A stretch of DNA of 64,000 nt, from contig JANXCW010000006.1 of the NCBI GenBank assembly GCA_025059775.1, positions 22,361 through 86,360 of the forward strand, read 5' to 3'. The translations under genes and the position numbers were made by a program. The DNA is from Armatimonadota bacterium (GTDB lineage Bacteria > Sysuimicrobiota > Sysuimicrobiia > Sysuimicrobiales > Sysuimicrobiaceae). Of this stretch, positions 11,685 through 21,644 are shown in pieces; position 1 is the first letter of the stretch, and each line of letters starts with the position of its first letter. Under the pieces are notes generated by a model that made no database searches, was not told the origin of the DNA, and worked only from the letters and a program-made list of their open reading frames with translations.

Positions 11685-12791
11685 CTACACGATGGCTTGG
11701 TGGTTGATTGGGTCAAACAGGTGGAGCCGGCTCATGTCGAGAGCCACGGTCACCTCATCTCCCATTCGTGCGGAGCTGTTCGCATCTACCCGGGCCACCA
11801 GGGAATGCCCGCCCGCCTCCAGGTAGAGGATCACGTCTGAGCCCAGGGGCTCATGCACCTCCACCTTTGCCCGCAGAGCTGCGAAGTGCGGCGGCAGGGC
11901 TCCGTTGCGCAGTGCCGCGTCCTCGATGTGCTCCGGCCGGATCCCCAAAATGACCTCCTTTCCGCCCCACGGCTCCACGTAGGGGGTGAGGGTCTGTGGG
12001 ATCGGTACCCGCCAGCTGCCCGCGTCAAAGACGAAGACCGAATCCTGGCGGGCCAACCGGCCCGGGATGAAGTTCATGGAGGGGCTCCCGATGAATCCCG
12101 CCACGAACATGTTTGCGGGCTTTTGGTACAGGTTCAGCGGGGTGTCCACCTGCTGCACCACCCCTTCCCGCAGCACCACGATCCGGTCCCCCATGGTCAT
12201 GGCCTCCACCTGGTCGTGGGTCACATAGACCGTGGTGGTCTGCAGCCGCGCATGGAGCTTCTTCAGCTCCGCCCGGGTCTGCACCCGCAGGGCCGCATCG
12301 AGGTTGCTGAGGGGTTCGTCCATTAAGAACACCTGAGGCTCCCGCACGATGGCCCTCCCCAGGGCCACCCGCTGCCGCTGCCCGCCCGACAGCTGCTTGG
12401 GCTTGCGGTCCAGGAGGTGCTCGATCCCCAGCATGTGGGCAGCTTCCCGCACCCGCCGGTCGATCTCCCGCGGCGGGTAGCGGCGCAGCCGCAGGCTAAA
12501 CGCCATGTTCTCGTACACGGTCATGTGGGGGTAGAGGGCGTAGTTCTGGAAGACCATAGCGATGTCCCGGTCCTTGGGTGGAACGTCGTTCACCCGGCGG
12601 TCGCCGATGTAGATGTCGCCCTCCGTGGGGTCCTCCAGCCCCGCGATGAGCCGCAGGGCCGTGGTCTTCCCGCACCCGCTGGGCCCCACCAGCACCGTGA
12701 ACTGCCGGTCCGGAATCTCCAGGGTGACGTGACTCAGGGCCACCACGTTTCCGAATCGTTTCGTCACCCGATCGAGGAACACCCGTGCCAT
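11685..12791 (-). CDS. Sugar ABC transporter ATPase (MalK/MsmX/UgpC family)
   Basis: GPSGCGKT, LSGGQRQ, DEPLSNLD, C-terminal TOBE region. Confidence 0.95.
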   Translation of the reverse strand: MARVFLDRVTKRFGNVVALSHVTLEIPDRQFTVLVGPSGCGKTTALRLIAGLEDPTEGDIYIGDRRVNDVPPKDRDIAMVFQNYALYPHMTVYENMAFSLRLRRYPPREIDRRVREAAHMLGIEHLLDRKPKQLSGGQRQRVALGRAIVREPQVFLMDEPLSNLDAALRVQTRAELKKLHARLQTTTVYVTHDQVEAMTMGDRIVVLREGVVQQVDTPLNLYQKPANMFVAGFIGSPSMNFIPGRLARQDSVFVFDAGSWRVPIPQTLTPYVEPWGGKEVILGIRPEHIEDAALRNGALPPHFAALRAKVEVHEPLGSDVILYLEAGGHSLVARVDANSSARMGDEVTVALDMSRLHLFDPINHQAIV

Positions 12792-12803
12792 TCCCCGCTC
12801 CCC

Positions 12804-13877
12804 CTATCGAGGCCCCCCCTCCAGCCGCCGCTTCAGCTCATCGATGACCACCACGGGATACGGATCCACGTCGTTCAGGTATGCGAGGTAAACACTGACG
12901 AGGTCACCGAACAGCACGAGCGAGGCAAGACGGCTCAGGGGGTCTTCTCCCCGGCTCCACACCTCATGGTAGCCGCTGGCCTTGTGGAAGGCAATCTCCC
13001 GGGTGATCTCCAGCCGCTGCACCAAGCGCGGCGGGTCCTCCCGATCCCGCAGCACCACCACCTCCAGCATCCCCTCCGGTTGCCCCGCAAGCGCCCATCC
13101 CACCGTCTCGTTGTGGTTGAGTTCCGGGAAGACGTGGGTGGCCGCGAACATCTTGCTGTTCTCGTTGAGCTGGGTCTTCCATCGCAGGGCCGCTGGCTCC
13201 GTGAAGCCACGGAGGGCATAGACCACGGGGACGTGTCCTGCCAGGGCCCTGGCCAGCCGCTTTGCGGGGTTCTCCGCCTCCGGGCGGTCCGGCCCCCACT
13301 CCCCCGCGAGTCCGGCGAGCACCGAAGCGGCCTCCGCCACCGCCGCTTCCTGCGGGGGAAGCACTCCCCACCGCTCCAGAACCGCCAACATGGGGGCGAA
13401 GAGATATCCGAGGGCCGCCCGGGGCGGGTACCCGGAGGGGATCCGTATCACGGGAACACCCTCCGACCGCGCCCACTCGTACAACACGCCTCCGGAGGTG
13501 ATGGCCACCCGCACCGCCCCTGCTTTGCCCGCGGCCTCGTAGGCGGCCAGCGTCTCCTCCGTGCTCCCGGAGTACGAACAGGCGAACGCCACGGTCTTCG
13601 GACCCACCCAGCGGGGAAGGGTGTAATCCTTTACCACCACCACCGGGATATCCGCCCGCTCGTACAGCAATCCCCGCAGCAGGTCCCCACCGATGCCGGA
13701 GCCTCCCATCCCCAGCACCAACACCTGCGCCACATCCGGAGGAGGCCCAAGCGGTGCTTCCCGTCCCAGCCAGTAGCCTTCCTGTAGGGTCTCGCCCAAG
13801 CGCAGCACGAGCCTCAGCATCCCTCGTGGGTCGAGGGCCCGGCACCGATCGGGGTCGTCCAGCAGTCCCCGCACCAT
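12804..13877 (-). CDS. Bifunctional phosphoglucose/phosphomannose isomerase (SIS)
   Basis: GMGGSGIGG, SYSGSTEET, RWKTQLNENSK, PELNHNE. The real start is MVRGLLD, inside a longer ORF. Confidence 0.93.
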   Translation of the reverse strand: MVRGLLDDPDRCRALDPRGMLRLVLRLGETLQEGYWLGREAPLGPPPDVAQVLVLGMGGSGIGGDLLRGLLYERADIPVVVVKDYTLPRWVGPKTVAFACSYSGSTEETLAAYEAAGKAGAVRVAITSGGVLYEWARSEGVPVIRIPSGYPPRAALGYLFAPMLAVLERWGVLPPQEAAVAEAASVLAGLAGEWGPDRPEAENPAKRLARALAGHVPVVYALRGFTEPAALRWKTQLNENSKMFAATHVFPELNHNETVGWALAGQPEGMLEVVVLRDREDPPRLVQRLEITREIAFHKASGYHEVWSRGEDPLSRLASLVLFGDLVSVYLAYLNDVDPYPVVVIDELKRRLEGGPR

Positions 13878-13938
13878 GTCCGTGAGGGATTTCGCGTTCC
13901 GTGACGCCTTTCCCTCCGGCGGATACACTACTAGGGAA

Positions 13939-15762
13939 GTGGTGCGACGCCCTGTCGTCCTGCCGATCCTCGAAGGTGCAGGCGGGCAGGAGACGCTGTC
14001 CGTGGGTGCAGCGCTTGCCCAGGCCTGGGAAGCGCCTCTCCTGCTCCTCGGGGTGGTCCTGGTCCCACCTTCCGAACCCCTGAGCCGGGGGGCTACTGAG
14101 GCCCAGATGATGCGGGAGCGGCTCGAACAGTGCGCCGCGGACCTCCGACCGGAGCTCGAGGTCCGTACGGCGGTCCGGGTAGGGCACGAGGCGTGGGGGG
14201 AGATCGCGGCCACGTGCCTGGAAGCGCAGGCGGCGCTCCTGGTCCTGGTGCGGGAAGTGGGACGGGAGAACCTCTTCGGCCGCAGCCTGGACTTCCTCCT
14301 CCACCACCCGCCCTGTGATCTCGTGATCCTGCCCCGCGCTCCCCTCGAGGCCTTCCGTAACCCTCTGGTGGGCGTGCGGGGGGGACCCAACGCGGAGCTC
14401 GCGCTCCGGGTGGCCCAGGCCCTGGCCCTCCCGCAGGGAGGAGAAGTCACGGCCCTCCACGTCTTCCGGGAGGACATCCCGGAGTCCCAGCGGTGGCGGG
14501 AGGAGCGGCCGTACCTCACGGTGATGCAGCAGGAGGTGGCCAAGGGGGTACGGCGGAAGTTCGCCATGGGGCGAGCCGCGGAGGTGATCGTGCGGGAGGC
14601 GCCCCACCACTCCGTGGTGGTGGTGGGTGCTACCGCGGACCCGCACCGACCTGCCGTCCAGCCTCCCCTGCGGAAGCTGCCCATGCTGGTGGCGGTGCGC
14701 AGCTCCCTGCCCGTGGCGGACTGGATCGTCCTCCGCACCGCCCGGAGCTCCTGGTCCCGGGCGGAGGTGGAGAAGTGGTTCGCGGAGAACACCTTCCACG
14801 CCCGGGAGTTCGCGGACCTGGAGCGACTCGTGGCCCTCAAGGGGGAGCGGGGCCTCACCATCAGTCTGGGACTGCCCGCCCTTAACGAGGAGGAGACCAT
14901 CGGGGAGATCATCCGGGTCCTCAAGGACGCCCTCATGGACCGACACCCCCTCCTGGACGAGATGGTGCTGGTGGATAGCGACTCCACGGACCGAACCCGG
15001 GAGATCGCGGCCTCCCTGGGGATCCCCGTGGTGCGCCACTCCCAGGTCCTGCCCCAGTACGGAAGCTACCTGGGAAAGGGCGAGGCCCTGTGGAAGAGCC
15101 TGTACGTGCTGCGGGGGGACATCGTGGTATGGGTGGACACGGACATCCGGAATATGCACCCGAAATTCGTGTACGGGCTCGTGGGACCCCTTCTGCGGGA
15201 GGAGCGGATCGCCTTCGTGAAGGGCTACTACCGACGCCCCCTCCAGGTGGGCGACCGGCTGTACGAAACCGGGGGTGGCCGGGTAACGGAGCTGGTGGCC
15301 CGCCCCCTTACGAACCTCTTCTTCCCTGAGCTCTCAGGGCTCATCCAGCCCCTCGCGGGCGAGTACGCGGGCCGGCGTGAGGTCCTCGAGCAGATCCCCT
15401 TCTTCACAGGCTACGGGGTGGAGATGGGCATGCTCATCGACCTCCTGAACCGGTTCGGACTGCGGGCCATCGGGCAGGTGGACCTGGAGCAGCGCATTCA
15501 TCGGAACCAGTCCCTCCCCTCCCTCTCCCTCATGGCCTATCAGATCGTGCAGGTGGTGCTGCGGAGGGTGGAGGACCGGATCCAGGCCCCGATCCTCCCC
15601 GAGGCCTCCCGCACCATGAAACTGATCCGCTGGGAAGAAGGTACGCTTGGACTGGAAGAACGGGAGATCACGGAGGTCGAGCGGCCGCCCATGATCACGA
15701 TCCCCGAGTACCGAGCCCGCCGCGTGGCGCTCCACCGCGCCAGGGGACCTGTCCCCACCTAG
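13939..15762 (+). CDS. gpgS: Universal-stress-protein domains fused to glucosyl-3-phosphoglycerate synthase
   Basis: C-terminal half: LPALNEEETI, DSDSTD, GKGEALWKS, DTD, GGRVTELVARP, QPLAGEY, GYGVE. N-terminal half has USP-like segments (HPPCDLVI, GGPNAELAL). Start is approximate. Confidence 0.85.
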   Translation: MVRRPVVLPILEGAGGQETLSVGAALAQAWEAPLLLLGVVLVPPSEPLSRGATEAQMMRERLEQCAADLRPELEVRTAVRVGHEAWGEIAATCLEAQAALLVLVREVGRENLFGRSLDFLLHHPPCDLVILPRAPLEAFRNPLVGVRGGPNAELALRVAQALALPQGGEVTALHVFREDIPESQRWREERPYLTVMQQEVAKGVRRKFAMGRAAEVIVREAPHHSVVVVGATADPHRPAVQPPLRKLPMLVAVRSSLPVADWIVLRTARSSWSRAEVEKWFAENTFHAREFADLERLVALKGERGLTISLGLPALNEEETIGEIIRVLKDALMDRHPLLDEMVLVDSDSTDRTREIAASLGIPVVRHSQVLPQYGSYLGKGEALWKSLYVLRGDIVVWVDTDIRNMHPKFVYGLVGPLLREERIAFVKGYYRRPLQVGDRLYETGGGRVTELVARPLTNLFFPELSGLIQPLAGEYAGRREVLEQIPFFTGYGVEMGMLIDLLNRFGLRAIGQVDLEQRIHRNQSLPSLSLMAYQIVQVVLRRVEDRIQAPILPEASRTMKLIRWEEGTLGLEEREITEVERPPMITIPEYRARRVALHRARGPVPT

Positions 15763-15772
15763 CACCACCGAG

Positions 15773-17551
15773 ATGCGGACCCCGCTACCGAATCCGGATC
15801 CTCTGGAGCTGCTCCGCAACCGCCTGGACATCACGGTGGTGCCTTTTACGGACCGCGGAAGCCGCATCCTTGTCCTTCGGGAACCGGGGGAATCCCGACT
15901 GCGGATCCACCTGTGCGAGCGATGGCCGAGGCTTACACAGGTGGAGGGCCACTACCGGATGCGCCCACCGCTGGTGAGCGGGCTGCAGTTCTTGGACGGC
16001 GGAGGAGCGTCCCTCTTCTGGAGGCTCGTGACGTATCCCCATAAGCTGGAGTTCCACACGCCCGTGGGGCTGTTCGAGCTGGCCTTTGATGGGCCAGAAC
16101 TGCTGGTGCTGCGACCTCCCCCCGGAAAGTGCGGGCTGCGGTTTTGGGTGCGGGCACAGGAGGCGGCCGCAGACCGGAGGGGCGGCACAACCCGGGGCGT
16201 GCGTCACATGGCCTACACCACCAATGCCCCTATCTGCCGCAACGAACTCCGACCGGAGGGCCCCAACCAGTGGCGCGTGGAGCTCTGGGTGGAGGCCACC
16301 CCGCAAGCTCAAATCACCCTGAACATCACGCCCCGGCTCGGGTTCGATCGCCGCATCCGGCCCTACGATCCGGTGGCGGAAGCGGAGCGGCGGTGGCGGG
16401 AGTGGTTCCAGGCGGTTCCGGAGGTGGACCTGCGCTTCCGGCCCACCTATGACTATGCGTGGTACCTCCTCCGTGCGGGCCTGCTGAGCACCCGGTACTA
16501 CCTGACCCGGGAAGCCCTGGTCCCCTCGAAGGTGCACTACGTGGGGCTCTGGCAGTGGGACGCCTTCTTCCATGCCCTTGCCTACCGGCACGTGGACCCC
16601 CTATTGGCCACAGATCAGTTCCGGGTCCTCTTCGACCACCAGCGGCCTGATGGTCGGCTACCGGACTGCGTCTTCGACGAAGGGATCGTGGACTACCTGG
16701 AGGAGCCGATCCCGGGTCCCGTCACCAAACCCCCTGTGGCGGGATGGGCGCTGTGGAAGGTATACGAGGCAATCCAGGACGTGGACTTCGTCGCGGAGCT
16801 GTACGAGCCCCTCTCCCGCTGGCAGCGGTGGTGGATGGAGCAGTGTGACACGGACGGGGACGGACTTCCCGAGTACCACCATCCCTTCTCCTCGGGCCTG
16901 GACGACAGCCCCCTGTGGGATTTCGGCATGCCCGTGGTCTCGCCCGACCTTCCCACCTACCTGTGTCTGCAGGCGGAGGCATTGAGCCACATGGCCCGGC
17001 TGCTGGGCGAGGAGGAGGAGGCGGAGCGGTGGGAGGCGGAAGCGAATGCGCTCGTGCAGCGGATGGTGGAAAGGCTCTATGATCCGGACACCGGGATCTT
17101 CTGGGCCCATCGGCGGACCAGCCTGAGCTCGGAGCGTGTTCCCGTCCTCACTCCCCTGAGCCTCTTCCCTCTGTGGACGGGGCGTCTCCCAGAGGAGGTG
17201 GTGGAGCGGCTGGTGGGGATCCTCGTGGACCCCGAGCACTTCTGGACCTCCTATCCGGTTCCCAGCGTGGCCCGATCCGATCCCCGATATCGGCCGGACC
17301 GGATGTGGCGTGGACCCACGTGGATCAACCTGAACTACATGCTCATCGAGGGCCTGCTCCGGTGCGGCCGGCACACCGTAGCCCGGGCGCTGTGCGACCG
17401 GACCCTGGAGCTCGTGGCCCTGCACGCGGACATCAAGGAGTACTACCACCCCGAAACCGGCGCGGTACCGCCCGGGGCAGCCCCCGGGTTCGGGTGGTCC
17501 GCGGCGCTGTACGCGGACCTCGCCATTCGCCGGTCCAGGGGGGAAATTTAG
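15773..17551 (+). CDS. GH63/MGH1-like glycoside hydrolase (candidate glucosyl-/mannosylglycerate hydrolase)
   Basis: WQWDAFF, TKPP, SGLDDSPLWD, WRGPTW, EYYHP..G and FGWSAA, typical of (alpha/alpha)6 GH63. Confidence 0.85.
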   Translation: MRTPLPNPDPLELLRNRLDITVVPFTDRGSRILVLREPGESRLRIHLCERWPRLTQVEGHYRMRPPLVSGLQFLDGGGASLFWRLVTYPHKLEFHTPVGLFELAFDGPELLVLRPPPGKCGLRFWVRAQEAAADRRGGTTRGVRHMAYTTNAPICRNELRPEGPNQWRVELWVEATPQAQITLNITPRLGFDRRIRPYDPVAEAERRWREWFQAVPEVDLRFRPTYDYAWYLLRAGLLSTRYYLTREALVPSKVHYVGLWQWDAFFHALAYRHVDPLLATDQFRVLFDHQRPDGRLPDCVFDEGIVDYLEEPIPGPVTKPPVAGWALWKVYEAIQDVDFVAELYEPLSRWQRWWMEQCDTDGDGLPEYHHPFSSGLDDSPLWDFGMPVVSPDLPTYLCLQAEALSHMARLLGEEEEAERWEAEANALVQRMVERLYDPDTGIFWAHRRTSLSSERVPVLTPLSLFPLWTGRLPEEVVERLVGILVDPEHFWTSYPVPSVARSDPRYRPDRMWRGPTWINLNYMLIEGLLRCGRHTVARALCDRTLELVALHADIKEYYHPETGAVPPGAAPGFGWSAALYADLAIRRSRGEI

Positions 17552-17609
17552 GGGGAAGCAGATCGAGGCCCTTCGCCAGGTCTTCCAGGAGCTCTCCCAC
17601 CCCGCGGCC

Positions 17610-18410
17610 GTGGCCTCAGCGATCCGCGGGGTGGTCACCACTGCCCTCGTTCTCCTGGGGGCGTATGCGGTGAACGGGATCGGCCGGAGGGTGGTGGAAC
17701 AGATCCTCCGTCCCCCGGAGGGTGCTCCCAACTACGCAGCCCGCCTGCAGCGGGCTCGCACCCTCCTCCCCCTCGCCTACGGGGCCATCCGCTACACGGT
17801 GTACTTCGTGGCAGGGATCATGGCCCTCCGCCAACTGGGGGTGGACCCCGCACCGCTGCTGGCCAGCGCGGGCGTGGCAGGTCTCGCCATCGGATTTGGG
17901 GCTCAGGCCCTGATCCGGGACAGCATCAGCGGGTTCTTCCTCCTGCTGGATGGCCTGATCCAGGTGGGGGATATCATCACCGTAGGACCGGAAACAGGGG
18001 TGGTGGAGCAGATCGGGTTGCGCACCACCCAGATCCGGCGGTTCACGGGCGAGGTGGTGACCATTCCCAACGGGGAGCTCACCCGGTTCCGGAACTACAC
18101 CCGGGGGCCTCTTCGGGCCATGCTCACCATCGGGGTGGGTCGCAAGGAGGACCTGCGGCGGGTGGGGGAGCTGCTGCATGAGGCGGTGGCGGGGTGGCGA
18201 CAGGATCACCCAGAGGCCGAGGCCGGGGAACCGGAGGTTCAGGCCCTCCTGGAGCTCGCTCCTCAAGTCCAGGTGCTGCGCCTGGTGGTGCCCGTGCAGC
18301 CCATGAGCCTATGGCGGGCGGAGCGGGAGCTGCGTCTACGGATCAAGGAGAGGTTGGAGGCCGCAGGCGTCGAACTGATCTCCATCGGCCCTTCGGAGAC
18401 GGTGGCATGA
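17610..18410 (+). CDS. Small-conductance mechanosensitive channel (MscS family)
   Basis: ASAGVAGLAIGFGAQ, GVVEQIGLRTT, IPNG. Start is uncertain. Confidence 0.88.
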   Translation: MASAIRGVVTTALVLLGAYAVNGIGRRVVEQILRPPEGAPNYAARLQRARTLLPLAYGAIRYTVYFVAGIMALRQLGVDPAPLLASAGVAGLAIGFGAQALIRDSISGFFLLLDGLIQVGDIITVGPETGVVEQIGLRTTQIRRFTGEVVTIPNGELTRFRNYTRGPLRAMLTIGVGRKEDLRRVGELLHEAVAGWRQDHPEAEAGEPEVQALLELAPQVQVLRLVVPVQPMSLWRAERELRLRIKERLEAAGVELISIGPSETVA

Positions 18411-19645
18411 AGGGTCCCTATCCGGGCGGAAGGCCGCGGACGCTGGGCATTATTCTGGCGGGAGGACGCGGGGAGCGGCTGCACCCTCTGACTCGGGACC
18501 GTAGCAAGCCCGCGGTCCCCTTCGGGGGCCGGTACCGGATCGTGGACTTCGTCCTCACGAACTTCATCCACTCCGGGATCTTCTCCCTCTACATCCTCGT
18601 GCAGTATAAGTCCCAGTCCCTCATCGACCACCTCCGGCATGGGTGGCGGGCCACGGGGCTCCACGAGGACCACTTCCTCTTGGTGGTCCCCCCCCAAATG
18701 CGGTGGGGCGAGGCGTGGTACCGGGGAACCGCGGACGCGGTCTATCAGAACCTTAACCTCGTCCGGGACTACGAGCCGGAGCTGGTGGCCATCTTCGGCG
18801 CGGACCACATCTACCGCATGGACATCTCCCAGATGATCGCCTTCCATCAGGAGGTGGGGGCCGACGCCACCGTGGCCGCTCTCCCGGTGCCCGTGGAGAA
18901 GGCGAGGGCCTTCGGCGTCCTCGAGGCGGACCCCGACGGCCGGGTGTGGCGGTTCGAGGAAAAGCCCCTAGAGCCCCGGGCCCTTCCGGGCCGTCCGCAA
19001 TACGCCCTGTGCTCCATGGGGAACTACATCTTCCATGCGGACGTCCTGGTGGAGGTGCTGGTGGAGGACGCCCAGCGTTCCACGGACCACGACTTCGGAC
19101 GCAGCATCCTCCCCGCCATGTTGGGCCGCTACCGGGTCTATGCGTACGACTTCCACACGAACCGCATCCCGGGCCTCAAACCCTATGAGGAGCCCGCGTA
19201 CTGGCGGGACATCGGCACCATCTTCGCCTACTGGGAAGCGCACATGGATCTGTTGGGCCCGCAACCCCGGTTCGACTTGCAGAACCCACAGTGGCCCATC
19301 CTGGGCGCGGCCTATCCCGGACCGCCCGCCCGCATCCTGCAGGGGGAGGTGTACGACACCCTCCTCGCGGAGGGCACCGTGGTGGAGGGCGGACGCATCC
19401 GAAGATCGATCCTCGGTCGGGGGGTGCACATCGACCCGGATGTGGAGATCGAGGAATCCGTGGTCATGGACTTCACCGTGGTGCGCCGGGGATGCAGACT
19501 CCGGCGGGTCATCGTGGATCGGTACAATATCCTCGAGCCCAACACCGTCATCGGGGAGGATCCGGAGGAGGACGCGCGCCGGTATCACCGGGACCGATCG
19601 GGAATCGTGGTCGTCCCCCGCGGCCCCACCCGGGCGCGGTTCTAG
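18407..19645 (+). CDS. glgC: Glucose-1-phosphate adenylyltransferase
   Basis: LAGGRGERLHPLT..RSKPAVPFGG, YRGTADA, DHIYRMD, FEEKP, SMGNY, YWRDIGT. Confidence 0.95.
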   Translation: MKGPYPGGRPRTLGIILAGGRGERLHPLTRDRSKPAVPFGGRYRIVDFVLTNFIHSGIFSLYILVQYKSQSLIDHLRHGWRATGLHEDHFLLVVPPQMRWGEAWYRGTADAVYQNLNLVRDYEPELVAIFGADHIYRMDISQMIAFHQEVGADATVAALPVPVEKARAFGVLEADPDGRVWRFEEKPLEPRALPGRPQYALCSMGNYIFHADVLVEVLVEDAQRSTDHDFGRSILPAMLGRYRVYAYDFHTNRIPGLKPYEEPAYWRDIGTIFAYWEAHMDLLGPQPRFDLQNPQWPILGAAYPGPPARILQGEVYDTLLAEGTVVEGGRIRRSILGRGVHIDPDVEIEESVVMDFTVVRRGCRLRRVIVDRYNILEPNTVIGEDPEEDARRYHRDRSGIVVVPRGPTRARF

Positions 19646-19675
19646 GGACCGCCAGGGTGGGGATGGGAGGACAAC

Positions 19676-20146
19676 ATGGTGGAGTACCGGCCGGCTCGAC
19701 GGGAAGATCTGGAGGCCATCTGTGCCCTGCTGACGGCCTGCGGGCTCTCCCCGGAGGGCGTCGCGGACTGGCTGGACACCTTCTGGGTGGCCCTGGATGA
19801 CGGTGCCCTGGTGGGGGTCGCGGGACTCGAGCGGTACGGGGACGTGACCCTGCTCCGCTCTGTCGCCACACACCCCGCGTACCGAGGCCGGGGCGTCGCA
19901 GCCGCTCTCTGCCGCCGCCTCCTCGCTCTCGCGCAGGCGCAGGGTGTGCGCACCGTATACCTGCTCACGCAGACGGCAGAAGGATATTTCCGCCGTTTCT
20001 TCGGATTCCGGGCCATCCCGCGAGCGGCCGCGGACCCGCGCCTGCAGGCCTCCCTCCAGTTCGCCCGTACCTGCCCAGATTCCGCGGTGCTCATGGCGCT
20101 GGAGCTGGAACCCCTCCGGCCCCAAGACCACAACACCCCCACCTGA
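19676..20146 (+). CDS. GNAT N-acetyltransferase (ArsN2-like)
   Basis: LLRSVA...RGRGVA, YLLTQTAEGYF, C-terminal CPDSA. Confidence 0.85.
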   Translation: MVEYRPARREDLEAICALLTACGLSPEGVADWLDTFWVALDDGALVGVAGLERYGDVTLLRSVATHPAYRGRGVAAALCRRLLALAQAQGVRTVYLLTQTAEGYFRRFFGFRAIPRAAADPRLQASLQFARTCPDSAVLMALELEPLRPQDHNTPT

Positions 20147-20152
20147 AGGCCC

Positions 20153-21607
20153 TCACTCCCCGGGAACGGGCGCTAGTCCTCCCGGGGCGGTGGGACGTCC
20201 TGCGGGGAGTCCCCGCACGGAGATCAGAGCCAGCAGAGCGGACACCAGAGAGACGGCGAAGACAAAGCTCAGGGCACCTGCCAGGGCGTCTCGAGTCCCC
20301 GCCAGGGCCTCCGCGGAGACCCCCTCCAGGGCCCTGGGATTCAGGATTTCCTGAATTCGATGCGGGGGAACTCCTTGTGCGGCCAGGCGCAGGAACAGCA
20401 GGTTTCCCAGCAGGCTCACTCCCACGGACCCCCCGATGTTGCGGGAGAACAGGACCAGGGAGGTGGCAAGCCCCCGCTGCTCGTAGGCCACGGAGGTCTG
20501 TACCGCGAGGATGAAGGTCAACGCCGCGAATCCGATCCCCACCCCCAGCAGCGCGGTGGCGCCCTGCACCCACAGCCCCGGCACGGAGGGATGGAGGCGG
20601 GTGAGGAAAGCAAGTCCGCCGCTGAAGAGGGCGAGGCCCAGGGTGACCACGGGTCGGAACCCGAACCGCAGGACGAGGCGGCTGCCTACCAGGCTCGCGG
20701 TAGTCCACCCCAGCATGAGCGGGGTGAGGGCCAGACCTGCTTCCGTGGCGCTTCTCCCCTGGGCACCCTGCACGAACAGGGGAATGTAGTAAACACCTCC
20801 GGAGAATGCCGCTCCTACCAGCACGTTGCTGATGGTGCTCACCGTCACCACCCGGTTACCGAACAGCTCCAGGGGAAGCACGGGATCCTCCGTCCGACGT
20901 TCCCACAGGAGGAGTGCGGCTCCTAGAGCTACGCCGGTGAACACGAACCCCGGGCGAATCCTCCCGCCCTCCACCCCCACCAGGAGGGCGACCACGGAGG
21001 CCACCATCAGGAGGGCGCCGGCCACGTCCAGGGAACCTGGCTGGTGTCTTGGGCGTTCGCGGTAAGCACGGGCCACGATCCACAGGGCCACGAGCCCGAC
21101 CGGGAGATTCGCGTAGAAGATCCACCGCCACGACCCCACGCTCACGATGAAGCCTCCCAGCAACGGTCCCAGGATGCTGGCGAGTCCCCACATCCCGCTG
21201 AACAGCCCTTGGATCCGGGCACGCTCCTCCAGGGTGTACAGGTCTCCCACGATGGTGATGGCGATGGGGAGAAGGGCCCCAGCGCCGATCCCCTGGACCG
21301 CCCGGAACACCACGAGTTGCCGCATGGAGCCAGCCGCGCCGCACAGCGCGGAACCCGCCAGGAAGGCCGCGATCCCGAAGAGGTACACCCGACGGCGGCC
21401 GTAGCGGTCCGCGAGCCGGCCGAACACCGGAGTCCCCGCGGTCATGGTGAGGGCGTAGCTGGCTGCGACCCACGGATAGAGCTCGAAGCCCTCCAGCAGG
21501 CGCGTGATGGTGGGGAGGGCGGTCGCTACGATGGTGGTGTCCAGGGCCGCCAGGAACATCCCCAGCATGACCGCCAGCGTCACCACCCGCCGCTGTCCGG
21601 GATCCAC
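20153..21607 (-). CDS. MFS drug-resistance transporter (DHA2, 14 TM)
   Basis: LDTTIVATALP, GRLADRYGRR, GPLLGG, WRWIFY.N.P.G. Confidence 0.92.
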   Translation of the reverse strand: MDPGQRRVVTLAVMLGMFLAALDTTIVATALPTITRLLEGFELYPWVAASYALTMTAGTPVFGRLADRYGRRRVYLFGIAAFLAGSALCGAAGSMRQLVVFRAVQGIGAGALLPIAITIVGDLYTLEERARIQGLFSGMWGLASILGPLLGGFIVSVGSWRWIFYANLPVGLVALWIVARAYRERPRHQPGSLDVAGALLMVASVVALLVGVEGGRIRPGFVFTGVALGAALLLWERRTEDPVLPLELFGNRVVTVSTISNVLVGAAFSGGVYYIPLFVQGAQGRSATEAGLALTPLMLGWTTASLVGSRLVLRFGFRPVVTLGLALFSGGLAFLTRLHPSVPGLWVQGATALLGVGIGFAALTFILAVQTSVAYEQRGLATSLVLFSRNIGGSVGVSLLGNLLFLRLAAQGVPPHRIQEILNPRALEGVSAEALAGTRDALAGALSFVFAVSLVSALLALISVRGLPAGRPTAPGGLAPVPGE

Positions 21608-21644
21608 GTTTCCGCTCCTCCGTCCCGTAGGGGCCGCACGGTCC

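Noticed and set aside
12804..14987. Apparent long N-terminal extensions (PGI/PMI 727 aa; likewise ROK, MFS, cysS, yacL, thrC, lysC ORFs)
   Set aside because: The extensions overlap other genes. Homologous sequence and RBSs begin at internal starts, so these are not real fusions.
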